A DNA stretch of 64,000 bases from Candidatus Limnocylindrales bacterium (GTDB taxonomy: Bacteria; Moduliflexota; Moduliflexia; Moduliflexales; JAUQPW01): positions 256,568 to 320,567 of the forward strand of contig DATMBG010000022.1 of assembly GCA_035559535.1 (NCBI GenBank), written 5' to 3'. The translations under genes were made by a program, and so were the position numbers. Below, in pieces: positions 51,666-60,863 of the stretch (its first letter is position 1; each line of letters opens with the position of its first letter). The notes beneath the pieces were generated by a model. It worked only from the letters and a program-made list of their open reading frames with translations, did not search any database and was not told where the DNA came from.

Positions 51666-51866
51666 AAGCAGATTTTAAAATTTTGGGGTGAAAGACATCC
51701 GGGGAGCGAGGGAAATTTATTTCCGGTTCTGAATAAGATAAAAAAGGAATCAGGATCTCTGACCCTGGATGAGGCTAAACATGTGGCTTCTTTACAAGAT
51801 ATTTCCCATGTCCGGCTTCATAAGCTTCTCATAGTTTATAACGTAAGCGTCCCTATGGAACGTTGA
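51666..51866 (+). other. Open frame lacking a canonical start, encoding a fourth NuoE-N-like repeat (small CDS or pseudogene fragment)
   Basis: Translates as KQILKFWGERHPGSEGNLFPVLNKIKKESGSLTLDEAKHVASLQDISHVRLHKLLIVYNVSVPMER*; possible ATT start at 51672. Confidence 0.5.
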
Positions 51867-51895
51867 ACGTTAGATGAACGGTCATTACGCTGATT

Positions 51896-53680
51896 GTGAA
51901 AACCCTTACCGATAAATGTTGTTCAAAATGCTGGGACAGTGAACTCCAACGCTGTCCGGTTTTTACAGAGTGCCAACCTCAACGGCCTTTGTCCCACTGT
52001 CATACAGATGAGGCTTGTATTCGTCAGCGTGAGGAGGTTGTCACCCGACTCCGGTATGGAGCCGGAACTTTGATTCGGGTTGGAGTGGGCACTTGCGGTC
52101 AACAGGCAGGAGCTTCTTCGGTATTGGGAGCTATTTTCATAGAACTTCAACGACGAAATCTTTCCCATGTAAGCCTTTCGATAACGGGATGTCTGGGAAA
52201 TTGCTTCCAGGAAGTTGTGGTTTCCATTTCTCATCCTAAATACCCCACCGTTCTTTACACCCAGGTAAGTGAAGACAGGGTTCCGTATTTGATTTCCGAG
52301 CACATCGAAAAAAAGCGTATTGCCCGGGATTTGGTTTTAGCTCAACTGGAGGAGCCCGGGAAAAAGCCTTTAGGTCATGTTCCGGTCTTCAAAAATCTAG
52401 ATTTTTTCCGAAAGCAGATCTGGCGCGTCTCAGAACGTTGTGGGCATATGGATCCTGAAAGCCTGGACGACTTTTTGTTGCATGGAGGTTTTCTAGGTCT
52501 TTCTAAAACCATCAGAGAAGCTAAGCCGCCGGACCTGTTGAAATTGCTTAAAGAATCTAAGTTAAAGGGTCGTGGGGGGTCTGGAGAAGATGTGGCCGAT
52601 AAATGGGCCCGCGTGGCTGCTGCAGATGGAGAGGAAAAATATATCATCTGTAATGCCCATGAAGGAGATCCGGCCTCCTTTAAGGATCGAAGGTTACTGG
52701 AAAGTGATCCCCTGGGGGTCATAGAGGCTATGACCCTGGCCGGATATACCGTTGGAGCCGGAAAAGGGATTATCTTTCTGAACCCCAGGTATGAACTGGC
52801 TAAAAAACGCTTAGAACTGGCCCTTACGAAGGCACGGGCCTTTAATTACCTGGGGAAAGAAATTCTCGGCTCGAACTTTTCTTTTGATATCGAGATTCGA
52901 TTATCCCCAGGAGATTACCTGTCGGGAGAGGAAACTTCTTTGGTTACTTTCCTGGAAGGTAAAGCCGGGGTTAGAAGGGTCCCACCTCCCTTAACCAGCC
53001 AGGGTCTGTGGAATCTTCCTACGTTGATCCACAACGTAGAAACCCTCTTGAACATACCCCTTTTGGTGGTCAAAGGGGTTGATTGGTTTCGTGAACAGGG
53101 TACCGGGAACAGTCCGGGAACTCGATGCTGGACCTTATCCGGATGCCTTCAACGGAGGGGGATCGTAGAAGCTCCCGTCGGTATTTCGATTCAAGATCTG
53201 CTGGATATGGGGGGTGGGGCCCTGCCCGGGAAGAAAATTAAAGCCGTTCATGTGGGGGGATATGTGGGAGGTTATCTGCCGGAGAGTCTGTTTCAGACTC
53301 CTTTAGACGACGTGTCCCTGAAAAAATCAGGTATTAGCTTGGGAATCGGATCTCTGGTAGCCCTGGAGGAAACCACGTGTATGGTTCATAAGACCTGGCA
53401 AGACGCTCTTTTTACGGCTAAAGAAGAGTGTGGTCAGTGTACCCCGGGGCGGGAAGGCTCTTATCAGATATCTCGATTTCTGGAGAAAATCTGCCGGGGA
53501 AGAGGAGTCCGAAGTGATCTTCAGAAGCTCAAAGAAATTGCTTTCTATATGCGGGAGGCTTCCATGTGCGCTTATGGGCGCTTTTCCCCTGGACTTATAT
53601 CCAGCTCTCTGGAGTATTTCCACTCTGAGTATGAGGAGCATTTGCAGAAGCACTGCCCGGCAGGGGTTTGTTTTAAATAA
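51896..53680 (+). CDS. HydB/NuoF-like flavo-Fe-S subunit with degenerate NADH/FMN motifs
   Basis: Cys-rich N-terminus, thioredoxin-like GTCG..GCLGNC, KGRGGSG, CNAHEGDP, GEET, HNVET, CGQCTPGREG, EH...CPAGVC; no C-terminal 2x[4Fe-4S] domain. Confidence 0.85.
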   Translation: MKTLTDKCCSKCWDSELQRCPVFTECQPQRPLSHCHTDEACIRQREEVVTRLRYGAGTLIRVGVGTCGQQAGASSVLGAIFIELQRRNLSHVSLSITGCLGNCFQEVVVSISHPKYPTVLYTQVSEDRVPYLISEHIEKKRIARDLVLAQLEEPGKKPLGHVPVFKNLDFFRKQIWRVSERCGHMDPESLDDFLLHGGFLGLSKTIREAKPPDLLKLLKESKLKGRGGSGEDVADKWARVAAADGEEKYIICNAHEGDPASFKDRRLLESDPLGVIEAMTLAGYTVGAGKGIIFLNPRYELAKKRLELALTKARAFNYLGKEILGSNFSFDIEIRLSPGDYLSGEETSLVTFLEGKAGVRRVPPPLTSQGLWNLPTLIHNVETLLNIPLLVVKGVDWFREQGTGNSPGTRCWTLSGCLQRRGIVEAPVGISIQDLLDMGGGALPGKKIKAVHVGGYVGGYLPESLFQTPLDDVSLKKSGISLGIGSLVALEETTCMVHKTWQDALFTAKEECGQCTPGREGSYQISRFLEKICRGRGVRSDLQKLKEIAFYMREASMCAYGRFSPGLISSSLEYFHSEYEEHLQKHCPAGVCFK

Positions 53681-53689
53681 GAGGGGAAA

Positions 53690-55438
53690 ATGGATCTCAT
53701 TTCGATTCTTATCGATAACCGGGAAATTCAGATTCCCAGAGGAATTACGGTTTTAGAAGCGGCTGAATCCCTGGATATTAAAATTCCTGCACTATGTGTT
53801 TCCCCAGGCTGGGGAACGTCCGGTTTTTGTCGAAGTTGCGTGGTAGAGGTGGAAGGAGAGGATTACCTTCCCATAGCCTGTAGTCTGCCCGTTCAAGAAG
53901 GGATGGTTATCAAAACGAACTCCCCCAGAGTACTTGAATCCCGTAGATTAACGGTGGAATTGCTCCTTGCCCGCCATACCATGGATTGTGCTGTCTGTTA
54001 TCGAAATGGCAGGTGTTCTCTCCAAGATCTGGCAAATACCTACGGAATCAAGGAATCTCGATTTCTTACCCGAGAGAAACCCCTGGAAATCGATGATAAA
54101 AGTCCGGCCATTGTGCATAATCCCAACCGCTGTATTCTATGTGGTTTATGTGTTCAGGCCTGTTGCGATATCCAAACCGTTTCGGTGATTGATTTTGCCC
54201 ATCGAGGATTCGACCGGGTCGTGGAACCGGCCTTCGGACAGAGTCTTAATGAGGTGGAATGTGTTGCCTGTGGGCAGTGCATCCAGATCTGTCCGGTAGA
54301 ATCTTTCTATGAAAAAAGCGAGATCGATAAAGTAAGGGAAGCCCTGAGAGATCCCCATAAAGAGGTTGTGGCGTTTTTATCTCCTTCGGTGCCGCTCTCT
54401 ATCGGAGAAGAGTTTGGAATCGAGCCCGGAAAGTCTCTCTCCGGAGAAGTTATAAAGGCCTTGAAAATGGCCGGTTTTAAGAAGGTTTTTGATACCGCTC
54501 TGGGGGCCGATTTGGTAATCATGGAAGAAGCTTATGAGCTGTTAACCCGCTGGAATTCGGGTAAAAGTCTCCCTCTGATAACCTCCTGTAGTCCGGAGTG
54601 GGTCAAGTTCGTCGAGCACTTTTATCCGGAACTCTTACCTCATCTCTGTCCTACCAAATCCCCCCAGCAGATCATGGGAACTTTAGCCAAGACCTATTTT
54701 GCCGAGATTACGAAGATAGATTTGAAAAATCTCTTTACGGTTTCTATAACTCCTTGTACGGCTGAGAAGTTTGAGCGGACCCGACCGGAGTTAAATATCC
54801 AGGGTTTTCCGGATATAGATGCCTGTTTAACCGTCAAAGAGGTAGCCCGCCTCATTCGGATGACCCTGGGAAACCCTTTTCCCGATATCGGCTCCGAAGA
54901 GTTTGATCAACCCTTCGAGGTCTCATCGGGAGCAGGAGTTATATTCGGAGTGGCCGGGGGGGTCATGGAAGGTGTGCTGAGGACTCTGTACGAGCTTAAA
55001 GTCGGTAAGAAGTTGAAATCGGTAGCTTTTGAGAATATCCGGGAAGAAGTCAGAACTTCTTACAGCGGAGGCCTTCGGGAAGTGGAGGTTCAAGTAGGAA
55101 ATGAAACCCTTCAGGTTGCTGTGGTGCACGGATTAGGAAATGCCAGAAGGATATTGGAGGCCCTTCGATCCGGGAAGAGCCGGTATCATTTTATCGAAGT
55201 AAAAGGATGCCCCAACGGCTGTGCTCAGGGGGGCGGTCAACCTATTCCAGCTACCCTTGAAATTATTCAGGCTCGAGAACGCGGCCTTTATCTAGAGGAT
55301 GAAAAAAGAAAAATCCGTAAAGCCCATGAAAATCCCAGAATCAAAGAACTTTATGAAAAATTTTTTAAAAAACCCGCCAGTCCCACGGCCAGAAAATTCC
55401 TACACACGGAGTTTACGCCGCGGGAACACCATCTCTAA
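53690..55438 (+). CDS. [FeFe]-hydrogenase HydA-like subunit with atypical H-cluster motifs
   Basis: 2Fe-2S (PALC..CRSC..AC), His-ligated HxxxCxxCx5C, two CxxCxxCxxxC motifs, TSCSPEW / TPCTAEKFE / EVKGCPNGCAQGGGQP, small-subunit-like RKAHENP..LHT. Confidence 0.88.
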   Translation: MDLISILIDNREIQIPRGITVLEAAESLDIKIPALCVSPGWGTSGFCRSCVVEVEGEDYLPIACSLPVQEGMVIKTNSPRVLESRRLTVELLLARHTMDCAVCYRNGRCSLQDLANTYGIKESRFLTREKPLEIDDKSPAIVHNPNRCILCGLCVQACCDIQTVSVIDFAHRGFDRVVEPAFGQSLNEVECVACGQCIQICPVESFYEKSEIDKVREALRDPHKEVVAFLSPSVPLSIGEEFGIEPGKSLSGEVIKALKMAGFKKVFDTALGADLVIMEEAYELLTRWNSGKSLPLITSCSPEWVKFVEHFYPELLPHLCPTKSPQQIMGTLAKTYFAEITKIDLKNLFTVSITPCTAEKFERTRPELNIQGFPDIDACLTVKEVARLIRMTLGNPFPDIGSEEFDQPFEVSSGAGVIFGVAGGVMEGVLRTLYELKVGKKLKSVAFENIREEVRTSYSGGLREVEVQVGNETLQVAVVHGLGNARRILEALRSGKSRYHFIEVKGCPNGCAQGGGQPIPATLEIIQARERGLYLEDEKRKIRKAHENPRIKELYEKFFKKPASPTARKFLHTEFTPREHHL

Positions 55439-55636
55439 AAAATCTTTAAAAACCATCTTGTAAAAGTGTTGAAAGTTTATGTAATTTTATCTATCATTTC
55501 CTCCTCTTGTTCCTGAAATTTTACCTTCTGTCAAACGAGACGTTTAACCTACCTGGGTTAACTCAAGGACGGGTAAAAGAAGTTGAATACCTTTTAGCGG
55601 AGGAAATTTTCTTCTACCAATCTGGAGAATAGAAAC

Positions 55637-56341
55637 GTGCTGATAGTTGATAAAATTTGTGTTTTCTATGGAGATATACAAGCCCTATGGGAAGTTTCTT
55701 TTCAGGTGAGGGAAGGGGAAATTGTCGCTCTGGTAGGAGCCAACGGAGCCGGCAAAACAACCATTTTGAAGACCCTGGTAGGGATTCTGCGTGCGGCGTC
55801 TGGAACCATTACCTTTCAAGATGAAGATATCACCCACGAGTCGACCCATAAAATCGTCGAAAAAGGAATTTCTTTAATTCCTGAAGGGCGTAAACTTTTT
55901 CCTCAAATGTCGGTCTACGAGAATCTGGAAATGGGGGCTTATTCCCAACGGGCCAGGAGTAAAAAAAATGAGATGCTCGCCCGAGTTTTTAGATTGTTTC
56001 CCATTTTAGAAGAGCGAAAAACTCAGCCGGCTGGAACCCTTAGCGGAGGAGAGCAACAGATGGTTGCCATTGGCAGAGGGTTAATGGCACTTCCCAAACT
56101 TCTGCTTATCGATGAACCTTCTCTGGGATTAGCACCTAGGATTGTTAAAGAGCTTTTTCAAGTCATTCAGGAGATTAATCAACAAGGAGTGACTATTCTT
56201 TTGGTAGAGCAGAATGTCCATCAGGCTCTGAAAATCGCTCATCGAGCCTATATACTGGAAACCGGTCATATTACCCTGGAAGGGAAAGGAGCCGAGCTCC
56301 TTCAGAATGATTATATAAAGACGGCCTATTTAGGATTGTAA
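55637..56341 (+). CDS. livF: Branched-chain amino acid ABC transporter ATPase (LivF-like)
   Basis: GANGAGKTT, PEGR, LSGGEQQM, DEPSLGLAP, VEQN. Confidence 0.92.
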   Translation: MLIVDKICVFYGDIQALWEVSFQVREGEIVALVGANGAGKTTILKTLVGILRAASGTITFQDEDITHESTHKIVEKGISLIPEGRKLFPQMSVYENLEMGAYSQRARSKKNEMLARVFRLFPILEERKTQPAGTLSGGEQQMVAIGRGLMALPKLLLIDEPSLGLAPRIVKELFQVIQEINQQGVTILLVEQNVHQALKIAHRAYILETGHITLEGKGAELLQNDYIKTAYLGL

Positions 56342-56428
56342 ATACAGAGGCAAGAGGCAAGAAGCCAGGGTTTTAGAGGCTGATCTGGCTTACCATAGGC
56401 TTCTGGCTCTTTGTTTCTCGAGAAAATC

Positions 56429-57667
56429 ATGGATCGAAGAACCTTTCTTAAGGGCACAGGTGCTTTAGGGATTATAGCTGTTGTTCAGGGGTTTCCTGCC
56501 CTGGTTCGAGGGGCCGGGCAAGAAATTAAAATCGGCGCGACACATCCGTTAACCGGACCCTTGGCCGATATTGGTCAGTCTTGCCGCAGAGGGATGTTGT
56601 TGGCTGTAGAGAAAATTAACGCTGAGGGCGGGATTAAATCCCTAGGAGGTGCTCCACTGAAACTACTAGAGGGGGATGATCAGGCCAGGCCGGAGGTTGG
56701 GATTGCCGAAACAGAACGGCTTATTCGAGAAGGAGCCGTCGCACTGACTGGTCCTTTTACCAGTCAGGTGGCTATGGCAGCCACCCAGGTTGCAGAGCAA
56801 CATCAGATCCCTTATGTCGTCAGTATCGGTGCAGCCGATCAAATTACGGAACGGGGGTTTAAGTATACCTTCCGAATCTTCGTTACCACCGATACCATCG
56901 GTCAGGATGTAATTAAATATATCGTAAAACTTTCGGAAGTGACCCACATACCCATTAAAACGGCGGTATTAATCCATACCAATGACTTGTTCGGCAAAGT
57001 TCAATCGGATAAAGTGATAGAACATTTAAAAAAAGCAGGCTCTCCCTTTGAAATTGTAGAACGAATTTCCTACGACTATACCTCCAAAGATCTGAGTGTA
57101 GAGGTGGCCAGGGCAAAGGCTGCTAAACCCGACGTGCTCCTTCCCATCTCTCGACTCCAGGATGCCATCCTCATCACCCGGGAGATGTTCAAACAGAGAT
57201 TCGAGGTAAAGGGAATTATCGGTGCCCCCAGTCCGGGCCATTATGAAACAGAATATATCAAATCCCTGGGTAAACTGGCAGAGTATACCCTGGATGCCGC
57301 TCCCTGGTATAATGTCAAAGATCCTAAAGTACAGGCCATATCCACCGAGTTTGAGAAAAAATTTAATAAATTCTTTGATCTCAACGCCGCTTATAGTTAC
57401 GATGCCATTCTGGTTATCGCAGATGCTCTGGAACGGGCGGCATCTACAGAGCCTGACAAACTGGTCGAAGCCTTGAGAGCTACCCGGTTAAACAGTCATC
57501 TCATGATTTCCAGAGGACCTATCCAATTCGATGAAAAAGGAAATAATATCAACGCAGGTCTTTCTTTTTTCCAAATTCAGGAAGGTCGGGTCAAGGTCAT
57601 CTTTCCGGAGGAATATGCAGAGGCCAAAGTCGTTTTTCCGGTTCCCCTATGGAGTGAGAGAAAGTAG
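56429..57667 (+). CDS. Tat-exported HAAT/LivJ-type ABC substrate-binding protein
   Basis: MDRRTFLK twin-arginine signal; IKIG...PLTG.LA..G; IN.EGG; ITERGFKYTFR. Confidence 0.88.
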   Translation: MDRRTFLKGTGALGIIAVVQGFPALVRGAGQEIKIGATHPLTGPLADIGQSCRRGMLLAVEKINAEGGIKSLGGAPLKLLEGDDQARPEVGIAETERLIREGAVALTGPFTSQVAMAATQVAEQHQIPYVVSIGAADQITERGFKYTFRIFVTTDTIGQDVIKYIVKLSEVTHIPIKTAVLIHTNDLFGKVQSDKVIEHLKKAGSPFEIVERISYDYTSKDLSVEVARAKAAKPDVLLPISRLQDAILITREMFKQRFEVKGIIGAPSPGHYETEYIKSLGKLAEYTLDAAPWYNVKDPKVQAISTEFEKKFNKFFDLNAAYSYDAILVIADALERAASTEPDKLVEALRATRLNSHLMISRGPIQFDEKGNNINAGLSFFQIQEGRVKVIFPEEYAEAKVVFPVPLWSERK

Positions 57668-57816
57668 TATTTCCTCCATAAGGCAAATGATAACCTCTTG
57701 CTGACCACGAAAATTATCGTAGCCAAACTCCGAACGGAGCAGTTGAAGGGGATGTTCAGGCCTATTTAGTTATTTATACCCTTTATGGGTCCTACCGGCC
57801 GGGATAAAATGAGTCC

Positions 57817-58416
57817 TTAAATTTCCCGCCGTCCCTCTAAAGCCCTGGCCATGGTTACTTCGTCGGCATATTCTAAATCTCCACCCACCGGAATTCCATG
57901 GGCAATTCGGGTAATCTTAATGCCTAAGGGTTTCAGGAGTCTGGAAATGTACATGGCTGTCGCTTCCCCTTCCACATTGGGATTGGTAGCTAAAATAATC
58001 TCATTACGACTCTCTCGTTGAATCCTGTTGAGTAAACTTTTGATCTGAATATCATCCGGGCCAACTCCTTCCAAGGGGGAGAGAGAGCCCATGAGAACAT
58101 GATAGACACCTTTATACCCCCCTGTTTTTTCAATAGCCAGAAGATCATTGGGCTCTTCAACCACACAGATGACTTTTCGATCTCGTCGGGGATCTGAACA
58201 AATATTACACAGTTCCTTTTCTGTAAGATTCCCACACTCAGAGCAATATCCTATTTTCTCCTTAAGATCAATCAGAGCCTTGGCCAGACGTCGTACGTCT
58301 TCTACGGGCATTTTAAGGAGAAAAAAGGTTAATCTTTGGGCAGTTTTTTCTCCGATTCCAGGGAGTTTGACCAATTCGTCGATAAGCTTTGCAACCGACT
58401 CTGTATAACGAGCCAC
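57817..58416 (-). CDS. recR: Recombination mediator RecR
   Basis: LPGIG.KTAQRL, C..C......[29 protein letters not shown] start at 58416. Confidence 0.96.
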   Translation of the reverse strand: MARYTESVAKLIDELVKLPGIGEKTAQRLTFFLLKMPVEDVRRLAKALIDLKEKIGYCSECGNLTEKELCNICSDPRRDRKVICVVEEPNDLLAIEKTGGYKGVYHVLMGSLSPLEGVGPDDIQIKSLLNRIQRESRNEIILATNPNVEGEATAMYISRLLKPLGIKITRIAHGIPVGGDLEYADEVTMARALEGRREI

Positions 58417-58499
58417 TGGCTGGTAGATAGTAAGTGGAGTAAGTAGTGAGTAGTAAATCATGAGCAGGAAAGTACCGACTACTTACCTCCTACTCACTT

Positions 58500-58835
58500 T
58501 TAAGAAGTAAGTCCGGGTATTTTGATCCCACCGGTTAATTTAGACATTTCTTCGGCCATCATTTCCCGGCTTTTCTCAATGGCCTGATTTACGGCGGCAA
58601 CAATTAAATCTTGAAGCATTTCTATATCATTCAGACTGATCACCCCCGGATCGATTCGAATAGACTTGATTTCTTGCTTTCCATTGGCTATCACCGTAAC
58701 CATACCACCACCCGCAGAACCTTCTACCGTTTTATTGGCCAGTTCCTCTTGTAATTGAGCCATGCGGGCCTGGACTTCTTGAAGCTGCTTCATCACGTTT
58801 CCGAGGTTTCCGAGATTTCCTATTCCTTTAAACAT
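58500..58835 (-). CDS. ybaB: YbaB/EbfC nucleoid-associated protein
   Basis: GSAGGGMV.V..NG, LQDLIVAA.N.A; lies between dnaX and recR. Confidence 0.94.
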   Translation of the reverse strand: MFKGIGNLGNLGNVMKQLQEVQARMAQLQEELANKTVEGSAGGGMVTVIANGKQEIKSIRIDPGVISLNDIEMLQDLIVAAVNQAIEKSREMMAEEMSKLTGGIKIPGLTS

Positions 58836-58865
58836 AATATCTGTCCTCCATTCTTATGGGGTTAA

Positions 58866-60722
58866 TCATTGGGGAGCCTTTCCATCAAACAATTGTAAGA
58901 TCTTTTTAAGGACCTTCTGCTCGTCATCTTCCAACATTGTTGGATCCGAGGTAGAAACCTGGGATCGTTCCCCCACTGGGGAATTTACTTCTACGGAAGG
59001 TTGAATGACTGAAGGGACCGGTCTGGCAAACTTTCCGTTCTCTCTGGGAATATCCTGCTCTTCTTTAAGGAAAGTTACTTTAATTTTAGGGGTTATCTTG
59101 AATTCTTCATGTAAAATATCCCGAATAATCTTCAAACTATCAGGTTCCTCAACCTTCTCTTTGGCAAAACTGGAATTTTTACTAAATCCGATAACAATGG
59201 CTTCTGGAGATACCTCAATCACCTGACCTTTTCTTAAAGTAGAATTCAGAGAAGGTTTGATTTTCTCCGTTCTGGCCAGAATACGTTCCCACACATCCCC
59301 TACCGGTTCCGAATCTTTTTCATCCCCCGGCGATGCCGAACGATCTTCCCCTCCGACCAGGATTTCTTCCGATTTCTCGACCACTCCGGTTTCCATAGGA
59401 GGGGGCGGTTCTACCGGTTCTTCCTGTTTGGGTACCTTCATTTTCTCAGATAAAAGGGGCTTTTCCAGGACAGGAGGCTGGGATGGTCTGGAGCGAGAAC
59501 TCCACTCCCTGAAGAGATCCAGGGAATTTTCTGAACCTTTCGGGGGTTCTAAATCTAAAGAGCCTTCGGAGGCCAGCTTTTCTTCCAGTTGCTGAATTTT
59601 CTCTAGGAGGCTTTCTACAGGTTGAAGAGAAGCGAGCTGGCCTGCACGGATTAAAGCCATTTCTAAAACAAACCGGGGATAAGAAGTACGTTTTAACTCC
59701 GATTCGGTTTCCAGCAAGAATTTAAAAATTTGCTGGAGTTCCTGGAGAGAGACCTTCTGAGCCTGTTCTTGTAATTTTTGAAGATCCAGAGAGATATCCT
59801 CGATAAAGGTATGGGGATCGGGAATCAGCTTTACCACGATCAAATTGCGGAAGTACTCGATGAGTTCTTTACAAAACTGTCCTAAATCATATCCGCGAAG
59901 CGTCAAATCTTCTACGAGTTGAAAAATCTCCCGGGTTTTTTTAGATAAAATAACCTCGGCAAAAAGCCTTAAAGTTTCCTGACCGATAACTCCCAATAGA
60001 GCACGAACATCTTCCTGGTGGACCTGAGTTCCGCTATACGAGATGATCTGATCGAGAAGGCTTTGGGCATCCCGCATACTCCCCTCGGCGGCTTTGGCGA
60101 TATAAACCAGGCTTTGGTCATCTATCTGGACGGATTCCGATTCTGCGATATGTTTCAGGCTTGCCGTAAGCTCTTTTAGCGAAACCCTTCGAAAATCGAA
60201 CCGTTGACAGCGGGAGAGGATGGTAACCGGGATTTTATGAACATCGGTGGTAGCCAGGATGAAAACCACGTGTTTAGGAGGTTCTTCCAACGTCTTCAGG
60301 AGTGCATTAAAAGCCTCGCGGGTTAGCATGTGGACTTCATCGATGATGTAGACCTTATAACGGAATTTGGCAGGAGCGTATTTAACACTCTCACGAAGTT
60401 CCCGGATTTCATCGATTCCCCGATTGGAGGCGCCGTCGATTTCAAGGACGTCCACCGAAATCCCCTGTTTAATTTCTAAGCAGGCCTCACAGTTATCACA
60501 GGGAACAGGAGTCGGTTTCTCTTCCTTTTGGCAATTAAGTGCTTTGGCCAGAATACGGGCGGTGGTTGTTTTTCCAACTCCTCGAGTTCCTGAGAACAGG
60601 AAAGCATGGGCAATACGTCCACCAGAAATTGCATTTTTTAGCGTTTGGGTTACGTGACTCTGCCCGATAACCTCATCAAATTGTTGGGGACGCCATTTCC
60701 GGGCAATAACTTCGTAAGACAT
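58866..60722 (-). CDS. dnaX: DNA polymerase III subunit gamma/tau
   Basis: Y..IARKWRPQ.F, GTRGVGKTT, EIDGASN, IIDEVHML, LKTLEEPP, SRC; start placed at MSYEV. Confidence 0.96.
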   Translation of the reverse strand: MSYEVIARKWRPQQFDEVIGQSHVTQTLKNAISGGRIAHAFLFSGTRGVGKTTTARILAKALNCQKEEKPTPVPCDNCEACLEIKQGISVDVLEIDGASNRGIDEIRELRESVKYAPAKFRYKVYIIDEVHMLTREAFNALLKTLEEPPKHVVFILATTDVHKIPVTILSRCQRFDFRRVSLKELTASLKHIAESESVQIDDQSLVYIAKAAEGSMRDAQSLLDQIISYSGTQVHQEDVRALLGVIGQETLRLFAEVILSKKTREIFQLVEDLTLRGYDLGQFCKELIEYFRNLIVVKLIPDPHTFIEDISLDLQKLQEQAQKVSLQELQQIFKFLLETESELKRTSYPRFVLEMALIRAGQLASLQPVESLLEKIQQLEEKLASEGSLDLEPPKGSENSLDLFREWSSRSRPSQPPVLEKPLLSEKMKVPKQEEPVEPPPPMETGVVEKSEEILVGGEDRSASPGDEKDSEPVGDVWERILARTEKIKPSLNSTLRKGQVIEVSPEAIVIGFSKNSSFAKEKVEEPDSLKIIRDILHEEFKITPKIKVTFLKEEQDIPRENGKFARPVPSVIQPSVEVNSPVGERSQVSTSDPTMLEDDEQKVLKKILQLFDGKAPQ

Positions 60723-60773
60723 GATGAAACTAAGAAACCCGTTTTTCTCCCTCTGGAGCCATGCAGACGCGAA

Positions 60774-60801
60774 GTAAGGGCGCAATGCCTTGCGCCCCTA
60801 C
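60774..60801. repeat. GTAG-type REP-like palindrome (copy 1)
   Basis: GTAAGGGCGCAATGCCTTGCGCCCCTAC; a related copy with the loop inverted is at 62500-62527. Confidence 0.75.
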
Positions 60802-60863
60802 CATTTTTATCGGCATGGATCTCCAGGGTAAAAAACGGGTTTTTCGGATAGTTTCAGTTTAGA

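Noticed and set aside
54581-54601. TSCSP instead of TSCCP as evidence that HydA is inactive
   Set aside because: TSCSP is a common variant in multimeric HydA sequences, so only the P2/P3 changes were counted.
58866-60722. Programmed frameshift producing the gamma subunit of DnaX
   Set aside because: I could not identify a convincing slippery site with a stimulatory hairpin at the expected position.
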